From Octopus sinensis (lineage: Eukaryota): DNA of 64,000 nt. Positions 38,846 to 53,593 of the stretch are shown in pieces (position 1 is the stretch's first letter; each line of letters starts with the position of its first letter). Where the stretch lies: NCBI RefSeq assembly GCF_006345805.1, contig NC_043018.1, positions 13,826,001 through 13,890,000 on the forward strand, in the 5' to 3' direction. The notes beneath the pieces were generated by a model that saw nothing but the letters and a program-made list of their open reading frames with translations, was not told the DNA's origin and did not search any database. The position numbers and the translations under genes were made by a program.

Positions 38846-39357
38846 AACAAGATCACTCAGAGAGCGCAAACCTCCGCCAAAGCAATAGCAACGCCCTCTC
38901 TACGATTAGCTGGAGATGATTTTCAAAATGAGAATATCTGAGATAAACTCGACTGCTCTCACAAACGAGAAAGCTAAAAATGATCCCGACCGCTATACTT
39001 CATGTAAAGTAAAGTAAATATAATAGATAATTCAGAATAGTTGTCCAGTACCGGATCGATCCCAAAATCTAATCAGTTCGTGCCAGTCTCGAGGCCAAAC
39101 ATCTCTGGAAGTTTCATCCGAATCCATTCAGCACTTCATGAGATATCTTGTCCACTGACAATCGAACACGAATGAAAACAATACCTATTTCTTTATTGCC
39201 CACAAGGGGCTAAACATAGAGGGTACAAACAAGGACAGACATAGGTATTAAGTCGATTACATCGACCCCAGTGCGAAACTGGTACTTATTTAATCGACCC
39301 CGAAAGGATGAAAGGCAAAGTCGACCTCACCTCCGGCAGAGCGAAGGGCGGAGGTAA
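38846..39357 (+). mobile_element. Helentron-type non-autonomous element interrupted by SINE A (39182-39327)
   Basis: Subterminal inverted repeat acctccgcc(38870-38878)/ggcggaggt(39347-39355), 3' hairpin acctccg/cggaggt, internal ...cccaaaatctaatcagttc...gaaaacaatacct. Confidence 0.55.
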
Positions 39358-39984
39358 ATTTAAAGTGCGAATCAACGTGAACTACGCCCCTCATTAGCTC
39401 GCCAGAGATGACCTCATTCTCTATAACATAAGAGGCGACATTCTCGTTCGCTGGGCAGCTGACCTCTTTAAGTGCGCATGACTTTCCTATAAATGCGTGT
39501 TTTGTACGTTCATGTATACATGTATGTATGTGCTTGAGAACCTGTGTGTGCGTAAGTGCGTGTAGATAAGTGGGTTAGAAGCAACCAAGTGGTTAATGCT
39601 GGTTCGCTGAAGTAGTCTTGTTCGATAACGAAGTTATTCACTCAACGTCGGGAGTTCGTGTTTTCAAGTTGTTAATCTCCCCTCAAGAGTTTGGAGTATG
39701 GAATTCCCGATTTATTTATGGATTTGTGGTTCTATGTTGGTATGTAAGAATGTATGCGCATATGTGTATGTATGTATGTATGTATGTATGTATGTATGTA
39801 TGTATGTATGCATGTATGTATCTATGTATGTATGTATGTATGTTTATCTGAATGGATGAAGAATGGATGATTAATTTCATGTGTGTATATACGTATATAT
39901 CAATGCGATTCCTGCATGCATTCGCATACTCGCACGCATAGATACGTACACAAACACACACATACTCACATATACTATATAATG

Positions 39985-40033
<49 letters not shown>

Positions 40034-40034
40034 A

Positions 40035-40093
<59 letters not shown>

Positions 40094-40769
40094 CACATAT
40101 ATTTGCATGGATACATGAATACATATGAATTATGTACATATGATTGTACACATATAAGTGCATATATACACACACACATACAGATATACACCCATAAACA
40201 CACCTACATAGAATGATCTTTCACTCGGACGTTCGTTTCTTTTCCATTAATTCTTTACTGTTGTAAAGTATCTTAGTTATTTTTTCTGTCTTCAGGGGAA
40301 ATGTAATTGTTATTGGTTTCGAATTTCGGCACAACGCCAGCAATTTCGAGGGATGCGGTACATCAATTGAATTGACCCCGGTGCTCAACTGGTATTTACT
40401 TTATTGACCCCGAGAGGATGAAAGGTAAAGTCGACTCGGCGGGATTTGAAATCAGAAAGTAAAGACGGACGAAATACCGCTAAGCATTTTACCCGTCTGA
40501 CTAACTATTCTATCATCTCATCGCCTTAAATATAAGGAATTATAATTAATGTTGACTGTACGCCATAAACTGTCTAATAAATATCCATTTAAAGTTAAGT
40601 ATTCTATATTGTATGTATGGGCCGAGTTCTTTTAACTACTGCAGGCGTGTTTAAGCGTGTATTTCGTCAGATGTTCATTGGAGTTTACCTCAATGTCAGA
40701 CAATTCAACCCTTTGCCTGTTCTGTGTATCACATGTGAAATGCAGGACATATTTCCCGGCGTTCATGCA

Positions 40770-41090
40770 TCATGGAGGATCATGTGATCACGTGACCGAC
40801 CAGGCTATCAGATGTTGCTACACGTCGCCGGTCACAACGCGCTTCACATTATTTTAGCCTTCAAATGACTCCACCCTGCTGGCTAAGCGAGCAGGCCAAC
40901 AGAAGAAAGAGTGAGAGAAAGTTGTGGCGAAAGAGTACAGCAGGGATCGCCACCACCCCCTGTTGGAGCCTTGTGGAGCTTTAGGTGCTTTCGCTCAAGA
41001 AACACTCACAACGCCCGGTCTGGAAATCGAAACCGCGATCCTACGACCGTGAGTCCGCTGCCCTAACCACTGGGCCATTGCACCTCCACC
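40770..41090 (-). mobile_element. SINE family C with a third type of tail
   Basis: Standard C head and body joined to tail ...ttggcctgctcgcttagccagcagggtggagtcatttgaaggctaaaat. Confidence 0.7.
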
Positions 41091-41309
41091 ATCATGGATG
41101 ATATGCATTCCTAATTCATTATGAGCACCAGAGTAACTTGGAACATATGAAAGGAAAGCTTTATATTACTCTAAACGTATGACTATATAATCCAACCGAA
41201 ATATTTCAGTTACGCAAACGTCAACGGAATTACTATTTAGCCTTAAAATACATCGTACATGTTCAAAGAACCTTCTTGGTTTAGTGGGACTGAACGTTTT
41301 TCTGGTATT

Positions 41310-41810
41310 CTTTTATTCTTTCACTTTTTCAGTCATTTGATGCTGGCCATGCTGGAGCACCACTATTTAGTCGAAGAGATTAACCCCTGGACTTATTCCC
41401 TGTAAGCCTGGTGCTTATTCTATCAGTCTCTTTTGCTGAACAACTAAATTACTGTGACGCAAATGCACCAACATCGGTTGTCAAGCTGGTGGTGGGACAA
41501 ACACACACGCACACACACATCCATCCATCCATTCATCCATCCATCCATCCATCCATCCATCCATCCAACCATCCATCCATCCATTCATCCATCCATCCAT
41601 CCATCCATCCATCCATCCATCCATCCATTCATCCATCCATCCATCCATCCATCCATCCATCCATCATCCATCCATCCATCCATCCATCCATCCATCCATC
41701 CATCCATTCATCCATCCATCCATCCATCCATCCATCCATCCATCCATCCATCCATCCATCCATCCATCCATCCATCCATCCATCCATACATACACGCATA
41801 TATATGACGG
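41310..41810 (-). mobile_element. SINE family B 3' half whose internal microsatellite is a (CATC)n/(GATG)n array (41519-41787)
   Basis: B-type tail and cccgtcatatat junction flank the tetranucleotide array. Confidence 0.75.
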
Positions 41811-41978
41811 GCTTGGGGGTAGTGTTGATGTTGGGTGGTGCGATTTTGTTGTTTGCTGGTATGCCGAGAGAGATCCAGCGAGCCCCTAATTGGTTTCCCG
41901 ATCTTAAAGATGCAATGTGGATGTGTATTGATGGAGTGGATGGTGTGCTGGTGATGCTAGCTGGTGCGGTGGTCTTCC

Positions 41979-42281
41979 TCACTGTATTTCAAGGCAGACA
42001 ATATTTTGTGTGTATGTCACACCACGTTTTTGGCCTTGCCTTTTATCCCAATTGAGTGTCATAACTCTTTCTTTGATATTGTTCATAGCTCGTGCTCTTG
42101 AAAATGCGACCTATAATTGGCCATGAGAAAATACCGGTCGAGGCAAATGTATTCCAACTTTTTCAAATGTTTGCCCTTCAGCCTTATTAATTGTCATTGA
42201 ATATGCAAATCGAAGTGGAAACTGAAGTCTGTTTAGTGGGAATGGAATATTTGCATCACTTGGGCTAAGTTTAATTCTGGG
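41979..42281 (-). pseudogene. Helitron RepHel helicase C-terminal fragment
   Basis: [62 protein letters not shown]...YTQNIV; classic PIF1/Helitron motifs V-VI with a Y>stop change. Confidence 0.9.
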
Positions 42282-42612
42282 ATTTTCTTTATTCATTTCC
42301 ATTTCTTCTGGCGTACATTTCTTGAAAATTTCTGGGTACAAATGTACACATTGCAATGCAAAAGAACTAAATAATAAATGGATTTATGAATGAAAGTTTG
42401 TTAATTGCGTTTATTTCCACCACGCGACACTTATTATTGCAAAGAATTTTTAACTAACCTATACTTATACACACACGCAAATACATTCATATATATATAT
42501 ATATATACACACATATATATATATATGTATGTATATATATATATTATATATATATATATTATATATATATATTATATATATATTATACATACGCACATAT
42601 ATATATATACAT

Positions 42613-42644
<32 letters not shown>

Positions 42645-42681
42645 TATATATATTATATATATATTATATATATATTATATA

Positions 42682-42757
<76 letters not shown>

Positions 42758-43803
42758 TTTAGAGATAGTAGGCCCCTACATCTCCCATATAAAAAATATT
42801 TTTTTTTATTTTAAATACCTCCTGTTTTATTACTTGGTAACACGTGTTTCATGAGGTACATCCTCGGGTTCCTAAACCACCCCGTGTTTTCCTGGAAACC
42901 TTCTTAAAATGTAACCCCAAGCATCAGGCCCTTATATCACTTTATCAACGTTCAGTACAATAAACTATATTTTAATTTTATAAAACCCTTAAGTATATGT
43001 AAAATAGGTATGTTTAAATTAGTTTCCCTGGACTCTACAGTACAAGCCATAATTCAGATAAAAATTCAAATAAAGATAAAAAGTTACAAAAATAAAGTAA
43101 GGAATAGAACAGCTAAAAAAATTATGCGAAAATTTTTAAAAACTATGTTAGTAATATAAAAAATATGAATAAAAATGAAAGAGATGGCAAGAAAAAATGT
43201 ATAAGAATAAATATAAATACGAATAAAAATAAAAGGTATGACAAGGAAAATATACACGAATAAAACTTAATAAAGATGGAGGCGATGACGAAAAGATAAT
43301 TTCAAATAAAAGCTAGAGTTCCAATTGCGAACTAAAAAATTTCCAATGATACGAATGGTGACTTTATCAAAAATTTACAAAGTAAAATAAAACAAAATAA
43401 AATAAAGATAAGCGGTGCCCCAGCATGGCCACAGCTCGTGAGCTGAAACTAGATAAAATTTAAAAAATAAAATAAAAATAACTTGATGGTAACGTAAAGA
43501 AAATATGCAATTCAGCGATGGCTCCATTATCCTACAACGTCTTAATTATGGCTTGACATTGCAAAGTCCAGGGAAGTACTCACACCCTATTTCCTGCTAC
43601 TTTAGTGTTTGTCACCCCAACATTGCTTGACAACCGATGCTGGTGTGTTTACGTCCCCGTAACTTAGCGGTTCGGCAAAAGAGAACGATAGAATGAGTAC
43701 TAGGCATACGAAGAATAAGTCCAGGGGTTGATTTTCTCGACTAAACGCGATGCTCCAACATGGCCGCAGTCAAATGACTGAAACAAGTAAATAAATAAAA
43801 GAG

Positions 43804-43836
<33 letters not shown>

Positions 43837-43902
43837 TAAAAGAGTATATATATATAATATATATAAAAGAGTATATATATATATATATATATAATATATA
43901 TA

Positions 43903-44315
43903 GGCGCAGGAGTGGCTGTGTGGTAAGTAGCTTGCTTACCAACCACATGGTTCCGGGTTCAGTCCCACTGCGTGGCATCTTGGGCAAGTGTCTTCTGCTA
44001 TAGCCTCGGGCTATAGCAGTGGATTTGTGAGTGGATTTGGTAGATGGAAACTGAAAGACGCCCGTCGTATATATGTATATATATATATATGCGTGTGTGT
44101 GTTTGTGTGTCTGTGTTGTCCCCCTAGCATTTCTTGGCAACCGATGGTGGTGTGTTTACGTCCCCGTCATTAGCGGTTCGGCAAAAATAGACCGATAGAA
44201 TAAGTACTGGGCTTACAAAAGAATAAGTTCCGGGGTCGAGTTGCTCGACTAAAGGCGGTGCTCCAGCATGGCCGCAGTCAAATGACTGAAACAAGTAAAA
44301 GAGTAAAGAGTAAAG
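43903..44315 (+). mobile_element. SINE family B, full-length (3'-half copy upstream at 43610-43800)
   Basis: Matches the family B consensus. Confidence 0.85.
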
Positions 44316-45464
44316 AGTATATATATGAGAAAGAGGGGGAGATAGAAAATGAAAGAGACGGGGGTAGGAGGACTGGAAACCTTTTAGATAAAAAAAAATA
44401 ATTAATCTGAGAAGTGGTCCATAATATCCTGTAAACATAAAATTCTACAATCTTTGCGATTCTATTGTAATAGCAGCAGCTAAATTCATAGGCAGAACGC
44501 AATTAACAAGGCAGCATTAATTTAGCCGCGAACCGGAAGCATATTCTATATTAGCACCTCAATTACCGGAACATAAATATCTGGATAGTATGATTTCGCC
44601 CATTAGATCGAAGCATATACAATGCAACCACCGCAAAAATGTACAAGCGTGTATGGAAACTTGTGGATGGATATGCGTATGTATACGGTCTTTTTATATC
44701 TGTCTGTACGCATGTGTAAATGTCTACGTGTACACGTCTATTTATGTAAGTCTGGAGGAAATTACTTTGTATACATACTGTAAATGTGGATTTTTGTATG
44801 TGTATACACATACGTACATATATCTGTGTGTGTATGTATGTATGTATGCGTAAATCTACATAAAGACAACAAAGTAAAACACGTATACATGCACATAAAC
44901 ACAAACACACACTCATCTTCACACACGCATGCAAACAAGCGCAAGCACACGCACACACATACACACTCACACAACCACATATTTATATATATATGTAAAT
45001 ATTTACACAGCCGCGCACGCACACATACACGCACACCAAAGACTCGTTCACACATGTTATACAGCACAGAACATCTATAGTCTATATATGTATATATCTG
45101 CATAAGCATCTTTACATCACTCTACGTATGTATGTACGATATATGAATGCATATACATACATATATACATATATGTATACATACTCTGACGTGTCTGTGT
45201 GCGTGTGTGTGGAGTGTTTGTGCGTCAAGAACCATGTTTACAGAGGTACATATATGTTTGATATATCTGAAACAGTTGGAGAGCTTACGCCTACAACATC
45301 AACGACGTATCTTTCTGTTCAGAAAACATTGTGGTCGCTAATAGTTATGACTATCTGTTAACCCTTGCCACTGACTTGAACAAACATGAAAGGAAATAGC
45401 ACTATAAAGCTATTATGCAGAAACTATTCTGGTACGTCACTATTAACAACCTAAATATCAATAT

Positions 45465-46080
45465 TCTTTTCTACTCTAGGCACAAGGCACAAAATTTTGG
45501 AGAAGGGGGCAGTCGATTAGGTCGACCCCAGTACACAACTGGTACTTAATTTACCGACCCCGAAAGGATGAAAGGCAATGTCGACCTCAGTGGAATTTGA
45601 ACTCAGAACGTAAAGATAGACGAAATACCGCGAAGTATTTCGCCCGGCGTGCTAACGTTTCTGCCAGCTTGCCGTCTTCTTTATCATTATTTTCTACTCT
45701 ACGCACAAGGATCAAAATTATTTTGAGTCGATTAGATCGATCCCAGTACACAAATGGTACTTAATTTATCGATCCCGAAAGGATGGAAGACAAAGTCGAC
45801 CACGGCTGAATTTGAACGCAGAACGTAAAGACAGACGAAACCTAAATGTCAATCTTGTACCACTTAAGGCGACGAGTTGGCAGTATCGGTAGCACGTTGG
45901 GTAAATTGCTTACCGGCATTTCTTCCGTCTTTACGTTTTGATTTCAAATTCCGCTCAGGTCAATTCAACCTTTTGTGCTTCTGACATCGATAAAATAAGC
46001 ACTAGAGGAGGTCTGTGATCGATGTAATCGATTTCACCCCGCGCTGAAATTGACGCCCTTGTGCTAAAGTTTGAAAACAT
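45465..46080. mobile_element. SINE A cluster: two tandem minus copies plus one plus-strand copy head-to-head
   Basis: Family A motifs at 45465-45680(-), 45685-45840(-) and 45865-46080(+). Confidence 0.75.
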
Positions 46081-46497
46081 TTCATCCCCTCAGATCCTCG
46101 CTATGGGCTGTATGAAAAATTATCCATCTAACTCCAAATATAATGTATTGTCTTGAGTTACCGCGTTAATTAGGAACAGCCAAGTGCCGTCTCTGTGATG
46201 GTAACTTTTTCAGCATCTTTTCAACACAACGTATACAAATTGTACATCTCTGAAGATTTGTCGGCTAAGCTTGATTATGTAATTCACATTAGATTACTAA
46301 TAGTCATTTTATGTTAATGAAAGTCACGTAAGATAGGGTAACTAAATATCTTTGAAACACTCCCTCGTGTTTGGTTTCATCATACGAACACACACACACA
46401 CACACACACACACATAAACTCACATACACACACGCGCGCGTGCGCGCACAGTCATGCATATAACCAATTATAATTATATAGTACAAGTGTGTGTATG

Positions 46498-46528
<31 letters not shown>

Positions 46529-46958
46529 ATGTATATATATATATATACAGGGAGAGAGAGGGGAGAGGGAATGAGAGAGAGAGCAACTTTTCCATTCTGT
46601 CTTTCCTCGTTTCAAACTAATATGCCTGCTTGTTGTTCACTCCCCTATCTTCATCTTTTGTTGTTGTCTGTAAATTTGAACTAGTTTTCGCACAACCATT
46701 TTGCTGAATCTGCCTGGCAGTTGGGATTTAGCTAAGTCATCCAGCGAAACTATACCAGTATGGTGATCTTGCTCGGTGTTGGGCAGTTACCTTCCCTGTC
46801 AGTTCATAGGCATGTGCTTCCTTGCTACTGTAAGGGACCTTAGCTCTTATTTCTAGCAATAAAGGTGCTACTCTGCACCATCAGTCACGATTAGTAACAA
46901 TTGGATTTTTTCGTTTTTGATTTTATAGTGCACATACCGCCTTGGTATTATACAAACA

Positions 46959-47000
<42 letters not shown>

Positions 47001-47032
47001 GAATTTATATATAAACACATACATATATATAC

Positions 47033-47105
<73 letters not shown>

Positions 47106-47689
47106 ATTCAGTAAAAACAATTAAGAATCAAGTGAGTTCCAATGAATTCACATGAATGCGGTACTTAACTTCGATGCACCAGAAATCTATATGGTATTAA
47201 CCATAAAATAATGTGGGGTGATTATAAACAAGAAAAAAGCAGCAGGAATGGATTTTTAGGTGTTTTCGCTCAATAAACACTCACTACTCCTGGTCTGGGA
47301 ATCGAAACCGTGATCCTACGACCGCGAGTCCGCTGCCCTAACATTTAATTATAACAATAAGGGTTCAGCAACAAGTTGCTTGACCACATACCGAAAATTT
47401 TAGAAATAGCAGCCAAAAGACTACTATTTCCTTTTTCTACAAAAATATGTCTCCACAGACAACAATATTTGTAATTCACACATGGCAAAAAAGAAGAAAA
47501 ATTATGAAACCAAACAGTCTTCGATTAATTATGGACGCGTTTCTGGATTAGAATCATTAGATTCATTTCCGTTATCAACATAATATTTCGATAATTATAA
47601 ATCTGAAGATGCTAGGAAAACTTACCCCCTGTATTTCTGATCAAGCGTCATCAGAACATATAAAAGCTAATCAGCATATCCACATTTAT

Positions 47690-48072
47690 GGAAGCACTCC
47701 GTCGGTTACGACGACGAGGGTTCCGGTTGATCCGATCAACGGAACAGCCTGCTCGTGAAATTAACGTGTAAGTGGCTGAGCACTCCACAGACACGTGTAC
47801 CCTTAACGTAGTTCTCGGGGATATTCAGCGTGACACAGAGAGTGACAAGGCCGGCCCTTTGAAATACAGGTACAACAGAAACAGGAAGTAAGAGTGAGAG
47901 AAAGTTGTGGTGAAAGAGTACAGCAGGGATCACCACCATCCCCTGCCGGAGCCTCGTGGAGCTTTAGGCGTTTTCGCTCAATAAACATTCACAACGCCCG
48001 GTCTGGGAATCGAAACCGCGATCCTATGACCGCGAGTCCGCTGCCCTAACCACTGGGCCATTGCGTCTCCAC
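47690..48072 (-). mobile_element. SINE family C, full-length with long tail
   Basis: Head gacgcaatggcccagtggttagggcagcggactcgcggtcataggatcgcggtttcgattcccagaccggg; tail ...aaagggccggccttgtcac...ctcgtcgtcgtaaccgacggagtgc, also seen at 18800-18945 and 55490-55680. Confidence 0.85.
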
Positions 48073-48550
48073 TATCCTATTTTATATAGACGAATGAATT
48101 CGTACTTCCCTCCAATCTTCCACCATGTGCGTCCCAAAATAGTACTGCAACTTTTTGCAAAACCCTTATTGTTATAATTATATATAAAAAAAAAAACTTT
48201 TTGTATAAGTTTTTACCGAATATGGTCCTTTTCCATACCGAAAATCTACTAGGTGAAATTCGTTGATTTTATTAAATTAATAATCTTTCACACTATATCT
48301 GTAATGTTTGTTTCACGCCCCCGACGACAAAACTACGAATCTTTTTTCAGCAGTACTATTTTGTGACGCACATGGTGACCGGTTTAGTCATAAATATTCT
48401 TTTACCATTGTTTATTAAATGGAGTGTTGATAATTTTCGGTTTAATTGCGGATTTAGAATTCTTATAATGCATTCTCCTTTTACATTTTGTAGTTGTACA
48501 CACGCACACACAACCACACACATATATATCTATATATCTTTATACATATA

Positions 48551-49050
<500 letters not shown>

Positions 49051-49057
49051 GTATATA

Positions 49058-49096
<39 letters not shown>

Positions 49097-49107
49097 CATA
49101 CATACGT

Positions 49108-49140
<33 letters not shown>

Positions 49141-50539
49141 ATATATATATATATATACGCACAACCATACATATATACATATACAATATATTGAATCATA
49201 CATACATACATACATACATACATACATACAGAAAGAAAGAAAGAAAGAAAGAAAGAGAGAACAATGAGATAGATAAATAGACAGACAGACAGACTGACAT
49301 GTCTATACATGGAAACATGCATACTTATAGATGTGCGAACGTGCTTGTAAATCCAAAGGGAAAAGGATAAGCTCACTTGAATCTTGAAGCGTTAATAGTC
49401 TGCAGTGATTTCTGAATGCCGAACACTGTTTTTGATGCATCACTCCCAGGGGTTACATGCATCGTTTTACTGACTCATCGTCAGCATGAAATGCATTGGA
49501 TCAGAAAATCCCATTTGAAAAATAAACAAAACAATCACTATGTCCCAACCTTCGCCAGATGAAGTCCATTCTGAGCCGAACATTTGTGTGTTTATGGACA
49601 AAAGACAGCAACTTAGGAATTCAAATTTCGATACTAAGCCACGAATTTCGGGGAGGTGGTACGACCTCAGTGCTTAACTGGTACTTATGTTATCGGCTCC
49701 GAAAGGATGAAAAGCAAGGTTGGCGGAATGAGAACTCATAACGTTAAGACGGATGAAATGCTGCGAAGCATTTTGTCCGGCGTACTAACGATTCTGTAGA
49801 CTCGCCGCCTGAGGGGGTAAAATATCGCCATTTCGATTGATAATATCGACGCGCTATAACAGTTTTTAGTTGATAGCTTTATGGGGCCATTTCATCATTT
49901 AATATCCCTTTATGTTCCTTAAGTTCAGTGACTAGAGGTAACAGGTACAAGTTCAGTGATTAGGCGTGACAAATAAATGTAGATAAATTCGTGCATTAAA
50001 GCAATGCTATGAACACAAATACTCTTGATAAAATCTTACTTTGAGTTAAAATAGCAAGGGATGCATTCGCAGAATTAAATATTTATGGTGTCAGCAGGAA
50101 TTTCTATTCAGGCGAAGATGAAAGTCTCCAATACTTGTCATTTGTTTTCGTTGCTATATGCATGTGAGATCCGGGTTACATACTGCAGACGGTTGCGGTG
50201 ACCAGCAACCCAGAACCAATGTGGTCAGAATTCCAAGTCTAAAGTGTGGAATCAGATTTCACAGACTGACTCTCACTATGAAACTACTAAGCGCAGGTAG
50301 GAGAAAAATGGTCGGTTTACATAGACAGATAGAGAGACGAAGAGAGAAATTATGGGAAGAATAAGTAGAATGAAAAGAAGCGATGCAGCACTGGACTGAT
50401 AATTTATTCCAAAGTTGATCAAGGCAACATTTGAACTCAGAACGCGATAACTAGGAAGTAAGCCTGCACTGTAGTGGTCCGATCTAGCGTCACCACTAGT
50501 CCATCCGCCTGACTATTGTTGTTATAAAGCCTCGAAAAT

Positions 50540-50760
50540 TGAGGGCATGCCGAACCCCCTCATATTATTCAGACGCGAATAACTTGCCGTCATTGCTTAC
50601 TGCAAACACGTGAAAAGGCTGGACACGTGTCACCGAGGTAAACTTGGTGTCCAATGGCAAAATCTATGTAAGCGATATTGATGTCCTCGAACTCAGCAGC
50701 TTAGTGACTCTTGTACTTCAGCGCCGACAGCGATGGACTGGATATGCGGTCAGGATGAAG
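50540..50760 (+). pseudogene. Highly decayed RTE-type LINE fragment
   Basis: YCKHVKRLDTCHR..LGVQWQN/YVSDIDVLELSS...LQRRQRWTGYAVRM resembles the RTE C-terminal W..V.N..VL...RW.GH..RM motif. Confidence 0.6.
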
Positions 50761-50930
50761 TCCACTAGGAGTGAGGCATTCCTTAGCTTTTGTTAAAACA
50801 TATCTCAAGGAGAATGTGACTATGATATACAAAATGAGACATGAAGGGAATGGCATAGAACATTTTGGAGATGTTTTACTTGCATCTGAAATCATGGCGA
50901 CTCCACAATCCTGGGACTGTGAACCATATT

Positions 50931-51353
50931 TAATTCTTTATTGCCCACAAGGGGATAAACATAGAGGGGACAAACAAGGACAGACAAAGGGACTAAGTCG
51001 ATTACATCGAACCCAATGCGTAACTGGTACTTATTTAATCGACCCCGAAAGGATGAAAGGCAAAGTTAACCTCGGCGGAATTTGAACTCAGAACGTAGCA
51101 GCAGACGAAATACCTATTTCTTTACTACCCACATGGGACTAAACACAGAGGTGACAAACACGGACAAACAAACGGATTAAGTCGATTACAACAACCCCAG
51201 TGCGTAACTGGTACTTAATTTATCGACCCCGAAAGGATGAAAGGCAAAGTCGACCTCGGCGGAATTTGAACTCGGAACGTAACGGCAGACGAAATACCGC
51301 TCGGCATTTCGCTCGACGTGCTAACGATTCTGCCAGCTCGCCGCCTTAGACGA
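50931..51353 (-). mobile_element. SINE A dimer flanked by a 16-bp target-site duplication
   Basis: gactgtgaaccatatt at 50915-50930 and 51354-51369; internal junction aagaaatag|gtatttcgtctgc at about 51112. Confidence 0.9.
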
Positions 51354-51645
51354 GACTGTGAACCATATTGGCACTGGATATATTGCTCTAGTTTGTCTCT
51401 AGATCCCGTGACAAGGGTGTATAGGGGTTTTAAGGATCTGTGGAAGATGAATTGAACCTAAAATGTTATGTTGTGCAATCACCAGTGAGGCAATCACCGG
51501 TCGAGCATTGAAGCCGCAGACGTGAACCTGGGAATCTGGGTGAAACTGACTGATGGTGCAATAACCTCCTTCACGTGCATTTCTGGCATTTTGCAAGCGC
51601 AATAGTCAGTCACGACTAGACAACTACCCGATATATACATTACAA

Positions 51646-52211
51646 TTGGGTTGTCCGGAAAGTTCATGTCGATATTTAAAGGAAAGTAAAAGGTCAATAA
51701 ATACTTGCCATTGCATTTTTAATCAACCAAATATAAACCATTTTGTTGCACAATGTGTCTCCATCTTTCCTTTAACTTGAAAATACCCTCTTCCCAGAAT
51801 TGAGGTGGTTTCATGGTAAAGAATTCATCGCGGTATCTTTCTACGTCATCCAAAGAATTGAAATTTTTACCATTAAGACTATTCTGCAGAGACCTGAATA
51901 AGTGGAAATCCGAAGGAGCAATATCTGGTGAATATGGAGGGTGGGGTAACACATCCCAGCCGAGCTGCAGCATTTTTTGTCCGGTTCCCAAAGCATCAAG
52001 TGCCGAAAACGAACTTTCTTACCTTCCATTTTAAAGGGTTACAGAATTAACACTGGTTAAAGGAACATAAACTTTCTTCCACAAAAAGATAACCTAAACT
52101 GTGCTCTAAATGGAGGTGTAGTCAAATCCTATTTTATGAACTCAACCATGTTCTAAAATAAGTCGAAAGGTAAGCTGCTATAAATCGGCACGAACTTTCC
52201 GGACAACCCAA
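51646..52211 (-). mobile_element. Internally deleted mariner (D34D class) with both TIRs
   Basis: TIR ttgggttgtccggaaagttc at both ends, TA on the right; MEGKKVRFRHLML fused directly to ...LGWDVLPHPPYSPDIAPSDFHLFRSLQNSL...NGLYLVD*. Confidence 0.92.
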
Positions 52212-52249
52212 TACTATCAGTTGTCTGTGTGCGGCGTTGAAGAAATTTT

Positions 52250-52555
52250 AGTCAAATGAACCGACGCCAGTGCTTTTTTTCACTCTGGTTCTTATTCTAT
52301 TTGGCCCCCTAAGACGAACCGCTAAGTGAAGGAGACGTTAGCACATCTATAGCGGTCGGTTTTGGGGCTGGGGACAAACACAGACATAAAGATACACTCT
52401 GATACATATTCATACATAGACGACGGGCTTCTTACAGTTTCCACTCAGAACGTTTTAGACTGCGCGAGGCACTTGTCCAAAGTGTTGGGCAGTGGGTTTG
52501 AACACGGAACCATATAGTCGGGAAGCAAAACTCATACCACACAGCCACGCCTACA
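52250..52555 (-). mobile_element. Old SINE family B copy
   Basis: Diverged B head (ggcgtggctgtgtggtatgag) and body. Confidence 0.65.
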
Positions 52556-53035
52556 CCTAGATATATATATATATATGTGTGTGTGTGTAATGCATATATA
52601 TGTGTGTGTATATATATATATGTATGTATATATACGCATATATCATTGTGTATATATATGTCGGTGGGGGTGCATGTGTGTGTGTATGTTTGTATGTATG
52701 AATATATTACGTTGATGTATATAATAAATAGTCGAGAGCAGAGATGGAGAAGAAAACGTAGGAGTAGTGGTAGTAGTAGTATTAGTAGTAGTAGTAGTTG
52801 TTGTTGTTGTAGTAGTGGTAGTTATTGTAGTAATAGAAGCCCTAGTACTAGCACTGGCTTACATATGGCGGTAGCATAGTTTTTTTTTTTATTTAATGTC
52901 AAGTTTGATCAAGACGGAACAGACTTTATAAGTCATTCCTACCATGACCATGCAGTCATTTTCCTGTCTGTTGGGATGCTAGGATCATATCACTTCAAAT
53001 GTGCCGCTATATATATATATATATATATAATATAA

Positions 53036-53073
<38 letters not shown>

Positions 53074-53309
53074 TAATAATAATAATAATATTTGTTGAAG
53101 ATAGATTAAAAGGAGATTTTCGCTGCCATGTCGAGTGGGTATGTAGCCTTGTAGATGCACCCATGTTGACTCGAGATGGTAGCAGTGGCTTAAGGGATGA
53201 TGATGACGATGGTAGCTGCACTGTTAAGTTGGTGGAGCGACGGAGTGAAAGTGTGAAATGGTAGGTGGGTTCATGTGCTGTAGTTATTAACTATTTCTAT
53301 CTATCTATC

Positions 53310-53351
<42 letters not shown>

Positions 53352-53562
53352 TATCTATATCTATCTATCTCTCTTCTCTCTTCTCTCTCTCTCTCTCTCT
53401 CTCCTCTATATATAATATATATATTATATATATATATATATATGTATATATATTATATATATATATATATCCATATATATATAGTATATAATATATATAT
53501 ATATATTATAATATATATATATATACATACATACACACATACACAAACACACACACACATAG

Positions 53563-53593
<31 letters not shown>

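Noticed and set aside
42843-42875. Minus-strand CCGAGGA...GAAACACGTGT motif
   Set aside because: Palindromic stem III is present but stems I and II do not pair convincingly.
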